Source of the DNA: Gemmatimonadota bacterium
Lineage (GTDB): Bacteria; Gemmatimonadota; Gemmatimonadetes; Gemmatimonadales; GWC2-71-9
NCBI GenBank assembly: GCA_016794805.1
Contig: JAEUJI010000182.1
Span: forward strand, 8,941 to 72,940
DNA: 64,000 nt
Reading direction: 5' to 3'
Numbering within the stretch: position 1 is the stretch's first letter; every line of letters starts with the position of its first letter. Below the pieces are notes generated by a model, which ran no database searches, had not been told where the DNA came from, and saw only the letters and a list, made by a program, of their open reading frames with translations. Both the position numbers and the translations under genes were made by a program. Positions 20,557 to 28,790 of the stretch are shown one piece after another.

Positions 20557-20602
20557 GCGGTTGGGCGGTTGGGCGATTAGGCGATTAGGCGATTGAGCGA
20601 TT
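20547..20602. repeat. tandem array of seven 8-nt units (RGGCGRTT family)
   Basis: gggcgggt aggcggtt gggcggtt gggcgatt aggcgatt aggcgatt gagcgatt. The array begins within the last codons of ubiA and spans its TAG stop. Confidence 0.9.
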
Positions 20603-20624
20603 GCCGGATCGAAGCGCAGGGTGG

Positions 20625-20645
20625 GGGCGGGGCTTGTCCCCGCCC
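20625..20645 (+). terminator. 21-nt GC hairpin element (copy 1 of 2)
   Basis: gggcgggg-cttgt-ccccgccc: 8-bp stem. The exact reverse complement occurs at 54139..54159. Confidence 0.5.
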
Positions 20646-20673
20646 ACGGTGGCGAAACGCAAACGGAGGCACG

Positions 20674-20823
20674 ATGAGCAAGCGACCGAAAGAAAGCCTG
20701 ATTCCGCAACGCGGCCGCGGCAAGCCCAAGCCGGAGAAGGGCGCCATGCAGCCGCGGGTGCCGCCGCCGCAGCCGGAGCGGCATCCGCCCAAGAACCCGA
20801 CCGCCAACCGCCGCGGACGCTGA
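20674..20823 (+). CDS. candidate small basic Pro-rich protein (49 aa)
   Basis: ATG is preceded by GGAGG at 4-nt spacing. It encodes MSKRPKESLIPQRGRGKPKPEKGAMQPRVPPPQPERHPPKNPTANRRGR and ends 3 nt before the ubiX start. Low complexity with no recognisable family, so coding status is uncertain. Confidence 0.3.
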   Translation: MSKRPKESLIPQRGRGKPKPEKGAMQPRVPPPQPERHPPKNPTANRRGR

Positions 20824-20826
20824 TCC

Positions 20827-21405
20827 GTGCTGCCCGTCGTGCTGGCCATCACCGGCGCCTCCGGCGCGCCCTACGCGGTGCGCCTGGTGGAGGTGCTGGT
20901 CCGGAACCGGGTGCCCACCTGGCTCATCGTATCGAGCCACGGCTGGCGCCTGCTCCAGGAGGAGACCGGCATCGCGGATGAGGCGGGGCTCCGCGCCGCC
21001 ACCGGCGGGGACTGGGCGGCGGTCACGGTGTTCACGGACCAGGACCGCGGCGCCCGGCCGGCCTCGGGCTCGGCCCCTACGGCGGGGATGGTGATCTGCC
21101 CCTGTTCCATGGGCACCGTCGCGGCCGTGGCCCACGGAACCAGCCGCTCGCTGGTGGAGCGGGCGGCCGACGTGACGCTCAAGGAGCGGCGCAAGCTGAT
21201 CCTGGTGCCGCGGGAGACCCCGCTTTCCCTGGTGCACCTGCGCAACCTCACCGCGGTCACCGAGGCCGGCGCCATCGTGCTCCCGGCCGCGCCGGGGTTC
21301 TACCATCGTCCCGCGGGCATCCCCGAGCTGGTGGATTTCATCGTCCAGCGCGTCCTGGACCAGCTCGGGCTGGGAATCGAGATCGCGCCGCGCTGGCAGG
21401 GCTAG
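20827..21405 (+). CDS. ubiX: flavin prenyltransferase UbiX
   Basis: LAITGASGAPYAVRLVE...VICPCSMGTVAAVAHGTSRSLVERAADVTLKERRKLILVPRETPLS..HLRN matches the UbiX/Pad1 pattern. Confidence 0.93.
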   Translation: MLPVVLAITGASGAPYAVRLVEVLVRNRVPTWLIVSSHGWRLLQEETGIADEAGLRAATGGDWAAVTVFTDQDRGARPASGSAPTAGMVICPCSMGTVAAVAHGTSRSLVERAADVTLKERRKLILVPRETPLSLVHLRNLTAVTEAGAIVLPAAPGFYHRPAGIPELVDFIVQRVLDQLGLGIEIAPRWQG

Positions 21406-21410
21406 GGCCC

Positions 21411-21902
21411 GTGCGCCTCGGCATCATCGCGGACACCCACGGCCTGCTCCGGCCCGAGGTCTTTGACGTCTTCGCCGAAGTGGATCTGATCCTGCACGCC
21501 GGCGACATCGGCTCGCTGGACCTGCTCACCGAGCTCGAGGCCATCGCGCCGGTGCTGGCGGTATACGGCAACTGCGATGGCCCGGAAATCCGGGCCAGGG
21601 TGCCCCAGGTGCTGGAGCGGCGGATCGAAGGGCTCGACATCGTGCTGACCCACGGAGACCAACTCGGCAGCCCCGCACCGGCGGCGCTGCACCGCCGCTG
21701 GCCAGAGGCCGACGTCATCATCTTTGGGCACACCCACCGCCCGCTGCTCACCACCATCGACGTGGTCCGGACGGTCATGAATCCGGGCGGGGCGGGGCAC
21801 CGGCGGTTCGACCTCCCCGCCTCGGTCGGGATCATGGAACTCGAGGCCGGCCTGCCGCCTCGCGCCCGGCTGGTGCCCCTCACCGGAGCCGACGAGGACT
21901 AG
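21411..21902 (+). CDS. YfcE/MJ0936-family metallophosphoesterase
   Basis: MRLGIIADTHG, LHAGDIG, VYGNCD, LTHGD and IFGHTHRP are the metallophosphoesterase motifs in order. Confidence 0.88.
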   Translation: MRLGIIADTHGLLRPEVFDVFAEVDLILHAGDIGSLDLLTELEAIAPVLAVYGNCDGPEIRARVPQVLERRIEGLDIVLTHGDQLGSPAPAALHRRWPEADVIIFGHTHRPLLTTIDVVRTVMNPGGAGHRRFDLPASVGIMELEAGLPPRARLVPLTGADED

Positions 21903-22345
21903 CTCCCCGCGGCGGTGGAATCCGGTGCCGGGGCCCGGCTCTTGGGCCCCATGCCGATGCCCAGGATCTCGCCCTTGTCGTTGAAGACCCAGCGGAAGAC
22001 CAGCGGCTCTTCGACGAAGGTGGTGTACCGCGCCTCGCGCCAGTACTGCGGATTGCCGCGGCGGCGGGTCATCCGCTCCTCAACCAGCTCGGTTTCCAGC
22101 CCGGCGCGCGTGATGAAGTCGGTCACCGCCCGGTTGACGCCGTCCACCCCGCCGGAGGCCTCCCGCGCCTCGGGGCTCATGTGGGCGAGCAGGCTGTCCG
22201 CCTCCGCGGCGATGAACCAGTCGAAGTACTTCCGGCCGAGCGCCAGGTAGTCGGCGTCGGACATGGGGGCCTGGCCCGAGAGGGCGAGGGGCAGCAGGAG
22301 CGCCGCGCCGGCGGTCTGGAGTGTTCGCCGCAGCAGGACCAGCAT
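21899..22345 (-). CDS. hypothetical secreted protein
   Basis: 148 aa with a signal-like N-terminus MLVLLRRTLQTAGAALLLPLALSGQA. Composition is coding-like. No family recognised. Confidence 0.6.
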   Translation of the reverse strand: MLVLLRRTLQTAGAALLLPLALSGQAPMSDADYLALGRKYFDWFIAAEADSLLAHMSPEAREASGGVDGVNRAVTDFITRAGLETELVEERMTRRRGNPQYWREARYTTFVEEPLVFRWVFNDKGEILGIGMGPKSRAPAPDSTAAGS

Positions 22346-22422
22346 ATTGAACTCCGTGAGAGGGTGGCGGCAGGACGGTCGCCCGCCGCGGGAAGTTTCG
22401 TTCTGTAACCTCCGGGGCTCCC

Positions 22423-23046
22423 ATGTTGCTGCTCCTCCTCTCCCTGACCGGCGATACCGTCCGGGTGCTCCCCGCCGACCGGACCCCCAGCTTCGACGGC
22501 AGGGTGACAGGGGCGGAGTACGGCGTGCCCACCCTGGAAATCGTCCGGCCGGCGGGCATCGCGCGCCTCTGGCTCCGGCGCAATGGACCGCAGGTCTATC
22601 TCGCCGCCCTGATTCCCGATGCGAGCTTCTACTGGGGGGATGACCTCGTCATCAGCCTCGACACAGGGGGCGACCGGGCGGCCGGCCCGATGCACGATGA
22701 CTTCCAGTGGTACTTCCGGCGGGTGCTCGACAGCAGCGTGGTGCAGCGCGGCGAGGCGGGGCGGTGGCGGATGCCGCGGGATGATCCCGACTGGCGGCTT
22801 GGCCCGGAGCGGGAAGGGGGCGGCTGGGAGGTGCGCTCGGTGAGTGAGGCCGGCGGGTGGAGCCTCGAGTTCCGGCTGGACGCCGGCTACTTCCAGCAGG
22901 GGGGCGCCGAGCTGGCGGGGCTGTCGGTGCGCCTGTACGACGACGACCCGCACGGGTGGGTCGCCTGGCCGGCGGCGGCGGTGAAGCACCCGACCGAAGT
23001 GGAGCGGCGCCCCGACCTCTGGGCGCCCGTCAGCCTCACGCCGTGA
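22423..23046 (+). CDS. hypothetical protein (CBM9/DOMON-like features)
   Basis: 207 aa. The PSFDGRVTGAEYG opening and W/Y-rich beta pattern are reminiscent of CBM9-like domains. This is a weak assignment. Confidence 0.55.
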   Translation: MLLLLLSLTGDTVRVLPADRTPSFDGRVTGAEYGVPTLEIVRPAGIARLWLRRNGPQVYLAALIPDASFYWGDDLVISLDTGGDRAAGPMHDDFQWYFRRVLDSSVVQRGEAGRWRMPRDDPDWRLGPEREGGGWEVRSVSEAGGWSLEFRLDAGYFQQGGAELAGLSVRLYDDDPHGWVAWPAAAVKHPTEVERRPDLWAPVSLTP

Positions 23047-25225
23047 TCCTGATCCGGCGCCGCGCGGTGCTCCGGGATCCGTCCGGGCCCCGGACCTCGA
23101 GCGCCAGCTCGTACTCCCCGGGCGCCAGGCGGGACAGGGAGAGATTCCGCCCGACCCGGGTCACCGGTCCGGTTGCTTCGCCCTCCCAGCCGATGGCCAG
23201 CTCCACCTTCCGTCCCCGCCGGATCGAGAGCCGGGCATTGTAGCCCTCGCGGTCCGCCAGCCCGTACAGCTCATGGTAGAGGGTCAGCGTGTCCCCCCGG
23301 GCCCAGGTGGCGCGGGGGGTGAAGTAGGCGGTGTCCCCCAGTGCCGGCACCCAGGGGGCGCCGATCCCGGGGCGTCCCAGCACCAGGTCGCTCAGCGCGA
23401 GCCGGCGCCCGCCGAAGTCTCCTACCTGCAGCGAATCCGTGGGGAACACCCGTCCGATGGAGTCCTGCAGCGACAGCTCCACCCGGTAGCGCCACCGTCC
23501 CGGCGGGACGGTCAGCGTGACGCGGCCGAAGGCATCGAGCAGGCCTGGGCGGCCCTCGGGCAGGCTGGCCTCCGTGGTGGTGTCCACCCAGCCGACGACC
23601 GCGCCCCCGGGCGCCAGCACCGCGACCCTGAGGTGCACCGCGGTGGCGAGCCGGGCGCCGGGCCGGGCCACTTCAGTGACCTGGACCGGAATCTGGAAGG
23701 CGACGTGCACCAGGCTCCGTTCCCCCTCCCGTCCGACCGCGAACAGCTCCGAGCGGGCTTCGAGCCCGCGGGCGAAGCGCCGCTCCATCGCGTCGCTGCC
23801 GGTGGCGATGACCGCGCTGGCCGTGACCAGGCCCCGCTCCTCCGCCGCCAGCCGGGCCGCGCCGTTCGGCCCCCACGTCAGGTACTTGCAGTACAGCTCA
23901 TGCAGCGCGCAGCGCGAGCCGAGCAGCATGTCATAGGCGGAGCTCTGGCGGTACATCCAGTCGAAGAGCGTGGGGACGAGGCGGTAGTCGTCGATCGCGC
24001 CGCCGAAGTCGAGCGACCGGCTGCCCGCCGCCTGGCTGTAGCCGCCGGCCTGGAAGTGGAGCAGCAGGTCGCCGTCGGCGCGGCGGTAGCGCCAGGTCTC
24101 CAGGGGCGGCAGCCCGAAGAGGGGGATGAGGATCCGGTCATCCGGCGGACCGTGCCGGATCCAGACCACCCCGCGGTCGTCGTACTGCGCCTGGCTGGAG
24201 CGGTAGATGTTGTTGGGGGCGTAGTAGCGGCGGTTCACCCGCAGCCCGAACGCCTGCACGGCATGCGCCAGCCGCCGGTAGTGCTCCGTCAGGCGCTCCG
24301 CCGGGTCGCGGAGGTCCCGCCGGGCGAGATCGCTCCAGAAGGTGCGGAGCCACGCGCTCCGTTCCGCGCCGCTTGCGCGGTCAAAGCCGGCGAGCAGGCT
24401 GTCCCCCGCCACCGCGCGGAGCGCCTCGCGGTATGCCATGGTGCCGGCGGCATCCGGGCGCTCGGCGGCGGCATAGTAGAGCGAATCGGCCCACGGCCGC
24501 CCGGCAACCAGGCCGCTCCACGCCAGCTCGTGGCCGGCGAGCGCCGTGGCGGGGGCCAGCCTGAGCAGCTCATCGAGCGGGGGGGCGGAATCTCCCCGGG
24601 CGCCGATGGGGCTGGTCCTCGCCACCCGCGCGAGCGCCAGCACCAGCTGGGAGTCCCGTACGCCTGCCCGCCAGGCGCCCTCCAGGGCCGGCACCACCTC
24701 GGCGCTCACCGCCTGGGTGTCCCGCAGGCGGGACGCCGCGTCCACCATCACGGTCAGCGCCGGCAGGTAGCCCGGCTCCACCGTGAGCGCCTGACGTGCG
24801 GCCCTGAGCGCCTCCGCGAGCGGTCCGTATCCCACCCGCGAGCCGAGATTGGTGCGGTCCGCCGCCAGCCATTCGGCGCGGCCCTGCTGGGCGAGGGCGA
24901 CGCCGTACCACGGCACCGGCCACCGGGGACGCAGGTCCGCCGCGGTGGTGAAGTCGCCTGCCGCACGCCCGAAGCTCCAGCCATCCCCCGCGTGTCCCAG
25001 GCGGAGCCGGGTGAAGCCCCGGCGCAGCCAGCCCACGGCGGCCACCGTGCTGTCCGCCCGGCCGGGCTCCTGGGCCTGGACCAGGCGGCGGAGGGTGGTG
25101 GTGTCGCGGACCGTCTCCAGCTCGGCGCGGTACCGGTCGAGCTCCACCCTTGTGTCGGGACCCTGCGCCGCGAGCGGCGCGGCGAGGCAGAGCCCCGCGA
25201 CCAGGGCACGCCGGGCTACCGCCAT
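23036..25225 (-). CDS. large secreted protein with GWxTD-like domain
   Basis: ATG 25225 gives the signal peptide MAVARRALVAGLCLAAPLAAQG. The central SQAQYDDRGVVWIRHGPPDDRI resembles the GWxTD-domain core (WxTDRG..Y..YGPPD). Upstream codons of track ORF 23036..26074 are rejected because they overlap the UvrC-like gene in another frame. Confidence 0.7.
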   Translation of the reverse strand: MAVARRALVAGLCLAAPLAAQGPDTRVELDRYRAELETVRDTTTLRRLVQAQEPGRADSTVAAVGWLRRGFTRLRLGHAGDGWSFGRAAGDFTTAADLRPRWPVPWYGVALAQQGRAEWLAADRTNLGSRVGYGPLAEALRAARQALTVEPGYLPALTVMVDAASRLRDTQAVSAEVVPALEGAWRAGVRDSQLVLALARVARTSPIGARGDSAPPLDELLRLAPATALAGHELAWSGLVAGRPWADSLYYAAAERPDAAGTMAYREALRAVAGDSLLAGFDRASGAERSAWLRTFWSDLARRDLRDPAERLTEHYRRLAHAVQAFGLRVNRRYYAPNNIYRSSQAQYDDRGVVWIRHGPPDDRILIPLFGLPPLETWRYRRADGDLLLHFQAGGYSQAAGSRSLDFGGAIDDYRLVPTLFDWMYRQSSAYDMLLGSRCALHELYCKYLTWGPNGAARLAAEERGLVTASAVIATGSDAMERRFARGLEARSELFAVGREGERSLVHVAFQIPVQVTEVARPGARLATAVHLRVAVLAPGGAVVGWVDTTTEASLPEGRPGLLDAFGRVTLTVPPGRWRYRVELSLQDSIGRVFPTDSLQVGDFGGRRLALSDLVLGRPGIGAPWVPALGDTAYFTPRATWARGDTLTLYHELYGLADREGYNARLSIRRGRKVELAIGWEGEATGPVTRVGRNLSLSRLAPGEYELALEVRGPDGSRSTARRRIRITA

Positions 25226-26307
25226 GACTCGAGCCGGCTGGTCCGGCGGAAGGCGTCGGGGTGGCGGCGGAACCAGGCCATCAGGAGCAGGATCTCGTCG
25301 AGGTGCTGGAACGGCAGGGGGCCGGGCACCGGCGCGGGGCGCCCCAGCTCGTCGCGCACCTCGCCGCGGAACGCCTCCCGCTCGATCGGGGTGGCCGGCC
25401 AGGGATAACTCGCCCGCACGATGCCGTGCCGGATGATGTAGGCGCGATCGTCCCCGAACGTCCCCGGGTCGCGGTACACGAAGGTGAGCGCCTCGACCGC
25501 GGCCCGGGCGCGGTGGGTCGCGGCCAGCAGCCACTCGAGCTGCTCGAACCGCTCCCGCCATTTCGCGGCACGCTCGAATTCCGCCGCCGCGGCCGCCGCC
25601 TGCATCTCCCGTACGGTGCGGTCGATCGGCTGGATGGTGCGGCCCTCGAGGAAGCCGATCGCCGTCTCGGCGCGCTGCCGGTACTCCGCCTCCGTGACCA
25701 GCCCGGCGCAGGGCCCGGTGCAGAAGCCGAACTCGTGCCGCATGCAGGCCGCCTGCAGCGCCGGGCGGAAGAGGTCCATCTGTCCCGCGAAGACGATCGG
25801 CATGGCCGGCGCGCAGTCCCGCAGCCCCAGCAGGTCGTTGAGGGCGCGCACCGCGTCGCGCACCCGTGCCACTCCGGTGAAGGGGCCGTACCAGCGATGA
25901 TCCTCGCGGCCGGTGGCGCCCCCGACACCCAGCCGCGGCGCGGCCCCGCCCGACACCTTCACGAAGAGGGTGCGCCGGGCGCGGTTCATGTGCCAGTTGA
26001 ACGGGGGCCGCCAGCGCGCGATCTGGCGCAGCTCGGTCAGGTGGGCGGCGAACTCGCTGGGCACGTAGTCCCACGCCAGATCGGCCGTGGCGTGGAGGAT
26101 CCGGGCGGCCTTGTCCTCGGGGTAGCTGGCCCGGAAATACGAAAGCAGCCGCTGCCGCAGCCGCTTGGCCTTGCCCACGTAGATCACCCGGCCGTGCGGG
26201 TCCAGCATGCGATACACCGCGGGCCGGGGTTCGCCCAGGCGGCGCACCCGGTCACGCAGCGCGGTGAGGTCCGCGGCGGGGAGGGCTAGTCGAAGCGTTG
26301 CGGCCAA
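25216..26307 (-). CDS. UvrC N-terminal-half homolog (GIY-YIG nuclease plus UVR motif; Cho-like)
   Basis: 363 aa. GIY-YIG region: AVYRMLDPHGRVIYVGKAKRLRQRLLSYF...ELRQIARWRPPFN. Also WYGPF..VRDAVRALNDLLGLRDC, the Cys cluster CMRHEFGFCTGPCAG and the UVR-like EFERAAKWRERFEQLEWL. No RNase H-like or HhH C-terminal half. TTG start at 26307. Confidence 0.85.
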   Translation of the reverse strand: MAATLRLALPAADLTALRDRVRRLGEPRPAVYRMLDPHGRVIYVGKAKRLRQRLLSYFRASYPEDKAARILHATADLAWDYVPSEFAAHLTELRQIARWRPPFNWHMNRARRTLFVKVSGGAAPRLGVGGATGREDHRWYGPFTGVARVRDAVRALNDLLGLRDCAPAMPIVFAGQMDLFRPALQAACMRHEFGFCTGPCAGLVTEAEYRQRAETAIGFLEGRTIQPIDRTVREMQAAAAAAEFERAAKWRERFEQLEWLLAATHRARAAVEALTFVYRDPGTFGDDRAYIIRHGIVRASYPWPATPIEREAFRGEVRDELGRPAPVPGPLPFQHLDEILLLMAWFRRHPDAFRRTSRLESWR

Positions 26308-26402
26308 GGGTCAGTGGGTGCGGGGAGGTTCGGGGCCCGGTTCAAGCATAATGACGTTCCCCACCGGCCGGTCACCACCGCCGTCCCACCGGGCGACATC
26401 CC

Positions 26403-27227
26403 TCAGCGCTGGCAACGGTGGCAGAAGACGGTGATGCGGGCGTCGATGGCGTGGGTGCCGGCCAGGGTCGTGCCGCAGACCCGGCACGGTTCGCCCTCCC
26501 GCTCGTACACCATCAGCTCGAGCTGGAAGCTGCCCGGCTGGCCGGTCCCCGTGCGGTAGTCGCGGAAGGTGGTCCCCTCGGCGTCGATCGCGGCGGCGAG
26601 GATGCGGCGGGTCTCGTGGAAGAGCCGCTCGTAACTCTCCGGCCGGACCCGGTTGGCCGGCTTCGAGGGATCGATGCCGGCAAAGAACAGCGCCTCGTTG
26701 GCGTAGATGTTCCCCACGCCCACGATCCGCCGCTGGTCCATCAGCGCCTTCTTGATGGCCTGCCGCGACCCGGCCAGGCCGGCGCGGAACCGTTCCGGCG
26801 TGAGCGCCGGATCGAGCGGCTCGGGCCCCAGCGCCGCATCATAGGCTCGCCAGCCGCGCTCGTTGAGCAGCAGCAGCGTCCCGATGCGGCGGATGTCCCG
26901 GAAGACGAACTCGCCGCCGCCCTCCAGCCGGGCGCGGAGCACGGCGTACTTCGCCTCGGGGGCGGTGAGCGGCCGGTCGTAATACAGCAGATTCCCCGTC
27001 ATCCCGGGCTGCAGCACGAAGCGCCACGCATCGAGATGGACCACCCCATGCTTGGCCCGGCGGGTGACGTCCCGGACGGTGGCGCCGGTCAGCGCCTGGA
27101 GCAGCTTCGGGCGGGTGACGCCACGGAGGATGTCGGTGTGGGACAGGGTCGCCTGCAGGATGGTGCGGCCGACGAGTGCCGGCCGCACGCCGCGGACCAT
27201 GGTCTCGACCTCGGGCAATTCCGGCAT
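26403..27227 (-). CDS. mutM: formamidopyrimidine-DNA glycosylase
   Basis: The MPELPEVE N-terminus (catalytic Pro2, Glu3), the H2TH region and the C-terminal zinc finger CRVCGT...CHRCQR are all present. Confidence 0.95.
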   Translation of the reverse strand: MPELPEVETMVRGVRPALVGRTILQATLSHTDILRGVTRPKLLQALTGATVRDVTRRAKHGVVHLDAWRFVLQPGMTGNLLYYDRPLTAPEAKYAVLRARLEGGGEFVFRDIRRIGTLLLLNERGWRAYDAALGPEPLDPALTPERFRAGLAGSRQAIKKALMDQRRIVGVGNIYANEALFFAGIDPSKPANRVRPESYERLFHETRRILAAAIDAEGTTFRDYRTGTGQPGSFQLELMVYEREGEPCRVCGTTLAGTHAIDARITVFCHRCQR

Positions 27228-27258
27228 GGCGGGGAATCTACCCGCATCGGTGGAGGAG

Positions 27259-28743
<1,485 letters not shown>

Positions 28744-28790
28744 GCTGACTCCCGGGAGGGACAACCTGTGATAAGTGCGGCGGCCCCGAA

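Noticed and set aside
20547-20602. Octamer arrays considered as CRISPR or minisatellite-encoded peptide genes
   Set aside because: The units are 8 nt and directly abutting with no spacers, and there are no cas genes. They are not a CRISPR array, so they are reported as a repeat family instead.
26340-26359. Possible LexA/SOS box upstream of the Cho-like gene (GTTC-N12-GTTC)
   Set aside because: The spacing does not match the direct-repeat GTTC-N7-GTTC type, nor the palindromic CTGT-N8-ACAG or GAAC-N4-GTTC types. The AT-rich core may simply be a -10-like element.
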